A stretch of 33,561 nt of DNA from Actinobacteria bacterium UBA5182. GTDB taxonomy: Bacteria > Actinomycetota > UBA4738. The DNA lies in the NCBI GenBank assembly GCA_002413185.1, contig DHWM01000197.1:2081-35641 (forward strand). The letters are read 5' to 3'. The notes beneath the pieces are model-generated. The model did not search any database and was not told where the DNA came from. It saw only the letters and a program-made list of their open reading frames with translations. The position numbers and the translations under genes are program-made. Shown here one piece after another: positions 1-8,046 of the stretch (positions are counted from its first letter, which is position 1; each line of letters begins with the position of its first letter).

Positions 1-1088
1 ACGATGGTCGCGGTGACGTCGAGCGGCCCCGCCACCTCGTCGACCAGCGTTCCGACCTGGCCGGGGCGGATGTCATCGGGCGGGGCGTACTCGACGGGGG
101 AGCGTTCCCGTTCGAACAGCGGGACCCGGTGCTCCCCTCCGGTGGTGCGATCACCGAAGGCGACGTCGACGGGCGACCCGACCGCCCGGCGGTCACGGCC
201 CCGGGACCACAGGAGCCAGCCGATTCCGAGGAGCAGCAGGAGCAGCAGCCCCCCCGAGACGCCCGCGGTGAACGGCGTGACCGAGAAGGCTCGCCGGAAG
301 CTCCATCGCTCCTCCAGGACCGGATGCGGCGTCGGAACCAGACCGGTAGGGAAGCCGACCACGATGGTGAGCCCCTGGCCGGGGCCGAGCGCCCACGGGC
401 CGAACGGCGAGACGAGATCCTGCCGGAAGGTCGCAATCCGGCCGTCGACGTGACTCCGCGAGCACGGGAGGGCGGACCCGGTGTCACCTGCGAAGCAGGC
501 CACCCGGCCGATCGGTCCCGGTGTGGTGACGCGAACGGAGTTCGCCTCGATGGGGACCTCCCAGTACGAGCCGATGGCGTTCCAGTACAGCTCGTCGTGG
601 CCTGGAAAGCCGTTCAGGGCTCCCCGCACCCGGTAGGTGATCGTGTAGAGGTGCCGGCCCGAGATCATCTTGTCGGGGTCGCCGATCTGGATCCGCAGCA
701 GCGATCCCATCTTCTCGGTCTTGAACTGATCGGGCGTCCCAAGGGAGCCCCGCACCGAGATGTCCTCGATCGGATAGACGCGGTCATAGCGGTCGTCGAA
801 GGTCAGGCGGTCCGGGATGTCCCGGAAGATCCCATGGTGCTCGCGCGGGCCGAAGTCGTAGTCGATCCGTTCGACCACCACGATCGATCCGTCGTGCTGG
901 ATGGCGATGGAGACGTCGTAGGACCGGATGCGCTCAAACGTGAACGTGGGTGTTGCCTGGGCGGAGGCGGCCGTGGGGATCAGGGTCAGGACCGCGGCGG
1001 CGCCGAGGAACCTCCTCAGCGCCGTCCCCAACCGGCCACGAAAGCCCTTTCGGCACCTCCGGACAATGATCGCTGGCTTCCCGGGCAC
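1..1088 (-). CDS. DUF2207-like secreted/membrane protein; C-terminal part runs off the left edge
   Basis: The minus frame is open from the window edge. The translation starts with a signal-like LRRFLGAAAVLTLIPTAASAQA. It continues ERIRSYDVSIAIQHDGSIVVVERIDYDFGPREHHGIFRDIP and later has a hydrophobic LLLLLLLGIGWLLW segment, the pattern I associate with DUF2207. The start is either GTG 1088 or TTG 1031, and an in-frame TAG lies just upstream of 1088. Confidence 0.65.
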   Translation of the reverse strand, partial: MPGKPAIIVRRCRKGFRGRLGTALRRFLGAAAVLTLIPTAASAQATPTFTFERIRSYDVSIAIQHDGSIVVVERIDYDFGPREHHGIFRDIPDRLTFDDRYDRVYPIEDISVRGSLGTPDQFKTEKMGSLLRIQIGDPDKMISGRHLYTITYRVRGALNGFPGHDELYWNAIGSYWEVPIEANSVRVTTPGPIGRVACFAGDTGSALPCSRSHVDGRIATFRQDLVSPFGPWALGPGQGLTIVVGFPTGLVPTPHPVLEERWSFRRAFSVTPFTAGVSGGLLLLLLLGIGWLLWSRGRDRRAVGSPVDVAFGDRTTGGEHRVPLFERERSPVEYAPPDDIRPGQVGTLVDEVAGPLDVTATI

Positions 1089-1180
1089 GTCCGCCTATTC
1101 AAGCCTGCCCCGATGGACCGGCGCAAGGACCGAACGCGGTCCATGCCGTGCCGGCGGTGCCGGCTGGGAGAATCGGCCGG

Positions 1181-2113
1181 ATGGGATCCCCTTCGCCCGA
1201 TCGTGTCGTGGCCGCCGGACGAGCGTCCCGGGCCGGCGTCGTCGCCGTGCTGGTCGCCGTGGTGGGCTGGTCGCTGACCAACCTCATCCTCAAGATCACG
1301 AAGGCGCCGGCGGTGACGTTCGCCTTCTACCGGCTGTGGGGTGGGGCCATCGTCATGCTGATCGTGGCGCCCCTGGCCGGACGCCGCGTGACCTGGGCGA
1401 TGATCAAGGCCTCGGCGCCCGGCGGCGTCCTGTTCGGCGCCAACATCGTCCTGTTCTTCACCGCGTTGAAGGCGACCAGCGTGGCCGACGTCCTGGTGAT
1501 CCAGGCACTGCAGCCTGCCCTGATCCTGATGGTGGCGGGCTCGCTGTTCGGCGAACGGATCACCAGGTGGGACGTGAACTGGACCGTGGTGTCCGTGGTG
1601 GGCGTGGTCCTGGTCACCGTGGGCTCGAGTGGGACGCCGGTGTGGAGCCTCCGGGGCGACGTCCTGGCGGTGGGGTCGCTGCTGGCCTGGACGGCGTACT
1701 TCCTCGTGTCGAAAGGCGTTCGCCGAGCGGTCCCGGCAGTCGAGTACATGACCACTGTGACGTTGGTGGCGGCGATAGTCGTGACGCCGGTGGCGCTGGT
1801 GTCGGGCGAACGCCTGGGCGGTTTGCGATGGCAGGACTGGGGCTGGCTGGGCGTGTTCCTGCTCGCCGCCCAGGGCGGGCACGTCCTGTTGGCGTGGGCC
1901 CACGGGCAGGTGGACGTGTCCGTCTCGGCGCTGCTGATCCTGGCCCAGCCGATCATCGCCACCGTGGCGGCCTTCTTCGTCCTCGGCGAGCCGCTGACCG
2001 GTCTGGAGGTGGCCGGCGGTCTCGTGGTGATCCTCGCTGTGGCGGCGATCGTTCGCCGGGCCACTCGGATCGCCGAACCGGATCCCGAGGCGGCACCGTC
2101 CAGTGGAACGTGA
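1181..2113 (+). CDS. DMT/EamA-family transporter
   Basis: The ORF track 1148..2113 gives a polytopic hydrophobic protein with two EamA-like halves (WSLTNLILK..., LLAWTAYFLVSK...). ATG 1181 is preceded by GGGAGA about 9 nt upstream. GTG 1148 is the longest alternative start. Confidence 0.8.
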   Translation: MGSPSPDRVVAAGRASRAGVVAVLVAVVGWSLTNLILKITKAPAVTFAFYRLWGGAIVMLIVAPLAGRRVTWAMIKASAPGGVLFGANIVLFFTALKATSVADVLVIQALQPALILMVAGSLFGERITRWDVNWTVVSVVGVVLVTVGSSGTPVWSLRGDVLAVGSLLAWTAYFLVSKGVRRAVPAVEYMTTVTLVAAIVVTPVALVSGERLGGLRWQDWGWLGVFLLAAQGGHVLLAWAHGQVDVSVSALLILAQPIIATVAAFFVLGEPLTGLEVAGGLVVILAVAAIVRRATRIAEPDPEAAPSSGT

Positions 2114-2145
2114 CGCCGGGGTCAACGGCGGGAAAGAAGAGGGGC

Positions 2146-2688
2146 GTGGAGAGCCTCCGAGGCCAGCTGCTGATCGCCGGGCCGAGCCTGTTCGACCCGA
2201 ACTTCCGGCGCACCATCATCCTGGTCGGGGAGCACAACGAGGATGGCGCCCTGGGGGTGGTGCTGAACCGCCCGGCTCCGGTTCCCGTTCGGGAGGTGGC
2301 TCCTTCGCTGGCCTCGGTGGTCGGCGACGGGGAACGGCTCTTCGTGGGGGGACCGGTGCAGCCCCAATCAGCCGTGGTCCTGGCCGAGTTCGACGACCCG
2401 GCTCGCGCCGACATCGTCGTGTTCGACGCCATCGGGTTCCTGACGGGAGAGGTCGAAGCGGACGCCGTCCGATGGATCCGCCGAGGGCGGGTGTTCGCCG
2501 GATACGCCGGATGGGGGCCCGGTCAGCTGGAGGACGAGATGGCGGAGGATGGCTGGTTCGTCGAACCGGCGCTGCCGGACGATGTCTTCACGGAGACACC
2601 GGAAACACTGTGGGACAGCGTGGTCCGTCGGAAAGGCGCCCGGTTCGCCATGCTGGCGACGATGCCGTTCGACCCCTCGCTCAATTAG
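2146..2688 (+). CDS. yqgE: YqgE/AlgH family (UPF0301) protein
   Basis: This is the C-terminal part of ORF 928..2688: LRGQLLIAGPSLFDPNFRRTIILVGEHNEDGALGVVLNRP...VFAGYAGWGPGQLEDE, the typical family signature. GTG 2146 sits behind AAGAAGAGGGG. The alternative GTG 2110 forms a GTGA overlap with the transporter stop. Confidence 0.8.
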   Translation: MESLRGQLLIAGPSLFDPNFRRTIILVGEHNEDGALGVVLNRPAPVPVREVAPSLASVVGDGERLFVGGPVQPQSAVVLAEFDDPARADIVVFDAIGFLTGEVEADAVRWIRRGRVFAGYAGWGPGQLEDEMAEDGWFVEPALPDDVFTETPETLWDSVVRRKGARFAMLATMPFDPSLN

Positions 2689-2904
2689 ACGGGGCGCGCC
2701 CTTCCTCTCCAGGAGTTCCGCGCGTGCTTCGTCGGGGAGCCGCACCGCCACGGAGGGGCCGAACAGGGCGAGGAACATGTTCTTGTTGACGAACGCCGCG
2801 CGGTTCCCGAACATCGGCCGGACCTCGACGCCCGGAGCGTTCGGGACGAGCGACCGGAACCACTCCTTGGAGCCCTCATCGGGCTTGGGCATCGACATGC
2901 TCAT
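2368..2904 (-). CDS. TfoX N-terminal-domain-like ORF, 3' end anomalous
   Basis: ATG 2904 overlaps the ligase stop (ATGA). The first ~72 aa (MSMSMPKPDEGSKEWFRSLVPNAPGVEVRPMFGNRAAFVNKNMFLALFGPSVAVRLPDEARAELLERKGA) look like a TfoX_N domain. After that the frame runs without a stop, antisense through yqgE, to 2368. Confidence 0.45.
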   Translation of the reverse strand: MSMSMPKPDEGSKEWFRSLVPNAPGVEVRPMFGNRAAFVNKNMFLALFGPSVAVRLPDEARAELLERKGAPRLIERGVERHRRQHGEPGAFPTDHAVPQCFRCLREDIVRQRRFDEPAILRHLVLQLTGPPSGVSGEHPPSADPSDGVRFDLSRQEPDGVEHDDVGASRVVELGQDHG

Positions 2905-4433
2905 CGGTTCCCTCCTTCGTGGATGGCCCGGACCGCTTCGATCGTATCGACTTCGTCCGGGCCCTTGTCCGGCCGGTAGCCCTTGACCCGGGCGAACCGC
3001 AGGGTGACGCCGCCCGGGTACCGTGGGCTGGCCTGGACGCCGTCGAACGCCACTTCCACCACCAGCTCCGGCCGGACGTGGACCGCGTACGCATCCCGCG
3101 ACACTTCGAGCTCCAGGAGGCGTTCGGTCTGCCACGCCAGCATCTGGTCGGTCATCCCCTTGAAGGTCTTCCCCAGCATGACGAAGCCACCTCGCTCCGG
3201 GTCCCGCGCCCCCAGGTGGAGGTTGGAGAGCCATCCACGCCGGCGGCCGTGTCCCCATTCGGCTGCCAGGACCACCAGGTCGAGCGTGTGGGCCCGTTTG
3301 ACCTTGATCCAGCTGGCCCCGCGGCGTCCGGCCTCGTAGGGGGCGTCGAGCGCCTTCACCATGACGCCCTCGTGGCCCCGCCCGAGCGCATCCTCGAGGA
3401 ACCCCTCGGCCTCGTGGGGATCCCCCGTCACGATCCGGCGTACCCGGAGATGCTCCGGCACCCGCCCCATCAGCGCTTCGGATCGCGCCGCGGCCGGAAG
3501 GTCCAGGAGGTCCTCGCCGTCGAGGTGCAGGCAGTCGAAGAAGAACGGTGACAGGGAGACCGCTCGCCGCGGCTCCACGGCGGTGCGGGTGCCGAACCGG
3601 CTCATGGTGGTCTGGAACGGCAGGGGACGTCCGTCCGCCCGCAGCGCGATCGCCTCGCCGTCCAGGACGAGCGCTTCGCTCCCCAACGCCTGGACGCCCT
3701 CCACGATCTCGGGGACCCGGTCGGTGACGTCGGCGAGATTTCGGGTGAACACCCGGACGACCCCGCCCAGCCGGTGGACCTGGATGCGGGCGCCGTCCAG
3801 CTTCCACTCGACCGCGGCCGGCCGGATGCGGGCGAACGCGGCCGGGACGTCTGGGGCGGACTGAGCCAGCATGGGCTGGAAGGGCCGAAGGACGGTGAGC
3901 CGGAAGTCGGCCAGGCCGGCTGGTCCTTCGGTCAGGGCGGCGGCGGCGACGGGTCCCAGACTGCCGGCGACCATCAGGGCCCGCCGGACGTCTCCGGCGG
4001 GGACGCCGGCCGCCTTCGCCACCGATTCGATCATCACACCCTCCAACGCGCCCTGCCGGATCTCGCCCATGAGGAGTCCGGTCAGGAAGCGGCGCTCCGG
4101 CTCCGTGGCCGCGCCGAACAGCTCGGCCAGCGCTCGTCGCCGGATGGCCTGAGAGCCGGGGCCCGTGGCCGCGGCGATGCGATGGAGCGCCGCGTCCACG
4201 TCGAGCACATGGAGCGTCGGCGGGGGCGGTGCGGGGGCGGGCAGCTCCCGCAGGGACGCCCACCCGACCCCGACCGAACCCTGGGGCAGCTCGCCGGACA
4301 GGTAGGCCACCGCCACAGGCACCTCCCGGGGGCGAACCCGGCGAAGACAGCCCGCCAGACGCTCGACCTTGGTGAGTCGGGACGCTGCCCCGCCGACGTC
4401 CGCCGACGTTCCCGCGATCTCGGCGAAGAGCAT
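2901..4433 (-). CDS. ligB: ATP-dependent DNA ligase (LigB/Lig1-type)
   Basis: ORF 2901..4589 contains the adenylation motif EWKLDGARIQVHR (KxDG) plus downstream ligase motifs (EGVMVK, WIKVK). The N-terminus MLFAEIAGTSADVGGAASRLTKVERLAGCL starts at ATG 4433, as is typical for this family. Confidence 0.9.
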   Translation of the reverse strand: MLFAEIAGTSADVGGAASRLTKVERLAGCLRRVRPREVPVAVAYLSGELPQGSVGVGWASLRELPAPAPPPPTLHVLDVDAALHRIAAATGPGSQAIRRRALAELFGAATEPERRFLTGLLMGEIRQGALEGVMIESVAKAAGVPAGDVRRALMVAGSLGPVAAAALTEGPAGLADFRLTVLRPFQPMLAQSAPDVPAAFARIRPAAVEWKLDGARIQVHRLGGVVRVFTRNLADVTDRVPEIVEGVQALGSEALVLDGEAIALRADGRPLPFQTTMSRFGTRTAVEPRRAVSLSPFFFDCLHLDGEDLLDLPAAARSEALMGRVPEHLRVRRIVTGDPHEAEGFLEDALGRGHEGVMVKALDAPYEAGRRGASWIKVKRAHTLDLVVLAAEWGHGRRRGWLSNLHLGARDPERGGFVMLGKTFKGMTDQMLAWQTERLLELEVSRDAYAVHVRPELVVEVAFDGVQASPRYPGGVTLRFARVKGYRPDKGPDEVDTIEAVRAIHEGGNR

Positions 4434-4555
4434 GTGGTGATTGTGGAACGAACCCTGCGCGCGCGGAGCGCACGCCGTCTCGACCAGACGCCATCCCCGG
4501 GCGTACAGTCCGGCCAGCCGACCGCCCGGATCAGCATGCGACCAGGGAGACCGCC

Positions 4556-5947
4556 ATGCCGCTGATGCACCCAGCGAACGACGCCGCACGGCCGCCCGAC
4601 CTTGCGATCAACCCGCTGTACACGCGAGGCGGGGAGACCACCGCGGTCCCCCGGAACGAGCTGCCGGCCGGAGAGATGCTGCCGGCCACGGCGTACGAGA
4701 TCATCCACGACGAGCTCATGCTGGACGGGAACGCTCGGATGAACCTGGCCACCTTCGTGACCACGTGGATGGAGCCCGAGGCCCGCGAGCTGATGTCCGA
4801 GTGCTTCGACAAGAACATGATCGACAAGGACGAGTACCCGCAGACCGCTGAGCTGGAGGTGCGGTGCGTCCACATGCTGTCGCGGCTGTGGAACGCCCCC
4901 GACCCCGAGCACGCCATCGGGTGCTCCACCACCGGGTCCAGCGAGGCCGCCATGCTGGGAGGGCTCGCGCTGAAACGGCGGTGGCAGCACGCCCGCAGGG
5001 CCGCCGGCAAGACAGCCGACCGGCCCAACATGGTGATGGGCGTCAACGTCCAGGTGTGTTGGGAGAAGTTCACGAACTACTGGGACGTCGAAGCGCGTCT
5101 GGTCCCGGTGGAGGGCGACACCTTTCACCTGACGCCGGAGGCGGCGGCCGAACGGTGCGACGAGAACACCATCGGCGTGGTCGCGGTGCTCGGCTCGACG
5201 TTCGACGGGAGCTACGAGCCGGTGAAGGAGATCGCCTCGGCCCTCGATGGGCTCCAGGCCTCGACCGGACTGGACGTGCCGCTGCATGTCGACGGGGCCT
5301 CCGGAGGGATGATCGCCCCGTTCCTCGACGAGGGTATCGAGTGGGACTTCCGGCTGGGCCGCGTGGCTTCGATCAACACCTCGGGGCACAAGTACGGGCT
5401 GGTGTTCCCCGGCGTGGGGTGGATCGTGTGGCGGGACCTTCCGGCACTGCCGGAGGACCTCATCTTCCACGTGAACTACCTGGGCGGGTCGATGCCGACG
5501 TTCGCCCTGAACTTCTCCCGCCCCGGCGCCCAGGTCGTGGGGCAGTACTACAACTTCCTCAGGCTTGGGTTCGAGGGGTATCGCCTGGTCCAGCAGACGT
5601 CGAGGGACACCGCGACGTGGCTCTCGGGTCAGGTCGGCGCCCTCGGTCCGTTCGAGCTGGTGACGGACGGAAGCGAGCTCCCCGTGTTCGCGTTCCGGCT
5701 CGCTGACGAGGTGGACGGCTACACGGTGTTCGACGTATCCGACGGCCTGCGGCAGCGGGGCTGGCAGGTCCCCGCCTACACCATGCCGCCGAACCGAGAG
5801 GACCTGGCGGTCCTGCGGATCGTGGTCCGGAACGGGTTCAGCTACGACATGGCCGCGATGCTCCTGGAGGACTTGAAGCGGGTGGTCGAGAAGCTCGAGC
5901 AGCGCGCTCCCATCCACGAGAACCAGCGAACCGCCTTCAGTCACTAG
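4556..5947 (+). CDS. gadB: glutamate decarboxylase (PLP-dependent)
   Basis: Full-length 463-aa ORF carrying NARMNLATFVTTWMEPEA, DKDEYPQTAELE and the PLP-lysine motif SGHKYGLVFPGVGW. An AGGGAGA Shine-Dalgarno lies 5 nt upstream of ATG 4556. Confidence 0.92.
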   Translation: MPLMHPANDAARPPDLAINPLYTRGGETTAVPRNELPAGEMLPATAYEIIHDELMLDGNARMNLATFVTTWMEPEARELMSECFDKNMIDKDEYPQTAELEVRCVHMLSRLWNAPDPEHAIGCSTTGSSEAAMLGGLALKRRWQHARRAAGKTADRPNMVMGVNVQVCWEKFTNYWDVEARLVPVEGDTFHLTPEAAAERCDENTIGVVAVLGSTFDGSYEPVKEIASALDGLQASTGLDVPLHVDGASGGMIAPFLDEGIEWDFRLGRVASINTSGHKYGLVFPGVGWIVWRDLPALPEDLIFHVNYLGGSMPTFALNFSRPGAQVVGQYYNFLRLGFEGYRLVQQTSRDTATWLSGQVGALGPFELVTDGSELPVFAFRLADEVDGYTVFDVSDGLRQRGWQVPAYTMPPNREDLAVLRIVVRNGFSYDMAAMLLEDLKRVVEKLEQRAPIHENQRTAFSH

Positions 5948-5985
5948 GCTGGGACCGTCGGCCGTTCCCGACGCCACATCCGCTC

Positions 5986-6612
5986 ATGGCGACCGCATCC
6001 GAGCCCGAGCCTCGAACCGTCCCCAAGGTCTGCGATCTCCACAGCACGCCCGTCGCCGTCCTCCTGATCGCGGCGGCCGCGATCCTGGTCGAGATGGCCG
6101 TGAGCACGTGGTACGGGAATCACCGCGACGAGCTCTACTTCTTGCGCTGTGGCGACCACCTGGCCTGGCGGTTCGTCAACCAGCCCCCCTTCACCCCCGC
6201 CCTCGCCCGGCTGGCCACGGTGGTTGCGGGTGGGGCGCTCCCGGTGGTTCGGCTGTTCCCGGCCCTAAGCCTGGGGGGGCTCGTCTTCATCGGCGCGATC
6301 ATCGCCCGAGAGCTCGGGGCGCGGCGGTACGGGCAGCGCCCCGATCTGGATCTGCCGGGGCTTTCGACGTTCCTGGGCTTTGACGTGGCCACGGCTGAAG
6401 CACTAGGGGTGAGCGACCCGCGCGCTGACCTTCCTTCGAGTCAGCGCGCGAAGAAGTGCAGGCCCAACCAGGCCCATCCGGCCACCACGCCCAGGCGGCC
6501 GGGCCTCGTCCGCATCACCCTTCGAAACACCGCGCCCAGAGATGGGACGCGGGATCCGGACCGCCTGCTTCGGAGCTGGAGCGCCAGCCCTGCCCCGGCC
6601 AGGAGCGCGTAG
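5986..6612 (+). pseudogene. N-terminal remnant of a GT39/PMT_2-type membrane glycosyltransferase
   Basis: Only about the first 120 aa look like the family N-terminus (YGNHRDELYFLRCGDHLAWRFVNQPPFTPALARLA...ARELGARRYGQ). The rest of the ORF is non-membrane-like and overlaps the convergent gene at 6441..6641. The roughly 350 aa expected downstream are absent in all frames. Confidence 0.5.
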
Positions 6613-6641
6613 CCCGCCACGGTGACCTCCCGGCTAGTCAT
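6441..6641 (-). CDS. small (66 aa) membrane protein
   Basis: MTSREVTVAGYALLAGAGLALQL...RLGVVAGWAWLGLHFFAR has two hydrophobic segments. ATG 6641 overlaps the stop of the upstream gene (ATGA at 6638-6641). Confidence 0.6.
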   Translation of the reverse strand: MTSREVTVAGYALLAGAGLALQLRSRRSGSRVPSLGAVFRRVMRTRPGRLGVVAGWAWLGLHFFAR

Positions 6642-7267
6642 GTCTGGAGGAGGAACCATCCGATGGCCAGCCAGACGAACAACGCGATCGACCGGCCGAG
6701 GTGCGTGGCCAGCGCGGGGTCGGTCAGCACGCTCAACGTGGGGTGGGCGGGGGAGTCGGTGGTGAGCGAGGGCTGGAGCAGCAGGGCCGCCAGCTCCCAC
6801 AGTCCCAGGGCGACGAAGGCCGACGCCCACGCGATCGTCCCCGTCGCGGGGAGCCTCCCCTGGTCCCCCGGCGGGTTGCGTGAGCGCCGCCACGCCAGGG
6901 CCAGGACCCCGGCCGCGGGGACGATGACGGCGACGGTGATCGGCCAGGAATAACGGCCCAGGCTGCCGACGACGATGGCGTACAGAAGCCCGACGGTCAG
7001 CGCCACCGGGAGCGGGGGGAGTGGAAGCGGTTTCGACGCCGAGACCGGGAGTGCCTGGCCTCCGGTTCCTCCGAACAGCGCGTCCCACAGCAGGGCTGCC
7101 GCCACCGCGAACAGCAGGATCGAGTGAGGCGGGTTCCCGGAGATCCAGTCGAAGATCCCGGCGACGATGAGGATCGGCGCGACCGGGTCGCGGAGCCATC
7201 GCCCTGGGCGCGGGGCGGAGGGCGCGCGGGGCCTGTTCGAGTCGACGTTTCGCTCGCGCCCCTCCAT
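6638..7267 (-). CDS. integral membrane protein, unknown function
   Basis: The 209-aa ORF has several hydrophobic helices (ILIVAGIFDWISG, ILLFAVAAALLW, VALTVGLLYAIVVG, ITVAVIVPAAGVLALAW, IAWASAFVALGLWELAALLL, IALFVWLAIGWFLL). It is translationally coupled to 6441..6641. Confidence 0.7.
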   Translation of the reverse strand: MEGRERNVDSNRPRAPSAPRPGRWLRDPVAPILIVAGIFDWISGNPPHSILLFAVAAALLWDALFGGTGGQALPVSASKPLPLPPLPVALTVGLLYAIVVGSLGRYSWPITVAVIVPAAGVLALAWRRSRNPPGDQGRLPATGTIAWASAFVALGLWELAALLLQPSLTTDSPAHPTLSVLTDPALATHLGRSIALFVWLAIGWFLLQT

Positions 7268-7357
7268 CTTCTTCGCTCCTCCGGGCGCCGCCCCCGCGGC
7301 CGCTTCGAGGCACCATACCGCCTTCGCCCCGAAACAGAAGAATCCGAAACGATGCGT

Positions 7358-7381
7358 CCCGGGCGCCTCAGACCGCCCGGG
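7358..7381 (-). terminator. GC-rich hairpin downstream of the SRPBCC gene
   Basis: CCCGGGCG (7358-7365) pairs with CGCCCGGG (7374-7381) around an 8-nt loop. It begins 13 nt past the stop at 7394. A T-rich stretch (tttcggattcttctgtttc) follows on the minus strand but is not immediately adjacent. Confidence 0.45.
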
Positions 7382-7393
7382 AGAGGTTGATCC

Positions 7394-7858
7394 CTAGGCG
7401 GACGGACTTCCCTCCTTCTCCATCTTGTCCAGGGCCTTCTTGATGGAAGCGGCGATCGGCTTCCCTTTCGTCATCGTGATCATCGTCACCGCCATCCGCC
7501 CGACGAACGACGAAGCCGTCCGGTCCCACACCACGTGGATGTGGCTTCCACCACCCTCTTTCGGCGAGACGGTCGCCGAGACGTTGCTGCCGGGCGTGCA
7601 GAAGTTGCTCTCCTGGACCGTCCACTTCACGGTGCCGGGGGTCGACCAGTCGTAGTGCTCCTTGGCCCACACCGTGGTCCCGGGGAACTTGCTCCCCTCC
7701 TTGATGTCGGCGGTGGTCTCACCCACCGCGTACACCTCGTACAGGCTTGGCTCGATCCCCGGCCAGATCTCGGGGCGTCGGGCCGAGAAGTCGGTCAAGG
7801 CTCCCAGGACCCGCTCCGGAGGCAGCGTCGTTTCGAGGTCGAGCTCAACTCTGGGCAT
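7394..7858 (-). CDS. SRPBCC-family (polyketide cyclase/START-like) protein
   Basis: The 154-aa tail of ORF 7394..8572 starts at ATG 7858: MPRVELDLETTLPPERVLGALTDFSARRPEIWPGIEPSLYEVYAVGE... Size and N-terminal pattern are typical of the SRPBCC superfamily. Confidence 0.7.
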   Translation of the reverse strand: MPRVELDLETTLPPERVLGALTDFSARRPEIWPGIEPSLYEVYAVGETTADIKEGSKFPGTTVWAKEHYDWSTPGTVKWTVQESNFCTPGSNVSATVSPKEGGGSHIHVVWDRTASSFVGRMAVTMITMTKGKPIAASIKKALDKMEKEGSPSA

Positions 7859-8003
7859 CCTGGTTCCCTTCGTTCCACTCCGAAGCCCGCGCTCCGGGAC
7901 CGGGGGTGATTCTGTTCGCAGGGCAGCGAGATATGCAAGCGTTACCGCCGACGCGCGCCCATGAGCGAGGGACCGGAGCGTTCTGACATCACGTTTGAGG
8001 TTG

Positions 8004-8039
8004 GATGGCGGCCGGGCCTGTGCAGGCCCGGCCGCCATC
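8004..8039 (-). terminator. perfect 16-bp stem / 4-nt loop hairpin after the sulfotransferase gene
   Basis: GATGGCGGCCGGGCCT (8004-8019), loop GTGC, then AGGCCCGGCCGCCATC (8024-8039). It starts 8 nt beyond the stop at 8047. There is no clear U-tract. Confidence 0.5.
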
Positions 8040-8046
8040 TGCACCT

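Noticed and set aside
129-1277. Long plus-strand ORF (382 aa), and similar very long ORFs such as 2368..4494(-) upstream part, 4082..5977(-), 23130..25076(+), 25256..27148(+), 23772..27290(-) upstream part
   Set aside because: Their translations are Arg/Pro/Gly/Ala-rich and low-complexity, and they lie antisense or out of frame to genes with clear family signatures. These are the shadow ORFs expected in very high-GC DNA.
7934-7947. TGCAAGCGTTACCG, a LacI-operator-like left half upstream of the SRPBCC gene
   Set aside because: Only the left arm matches and the right arm has 3 mismatches to TTGCA, so it is probably a chance half-site.
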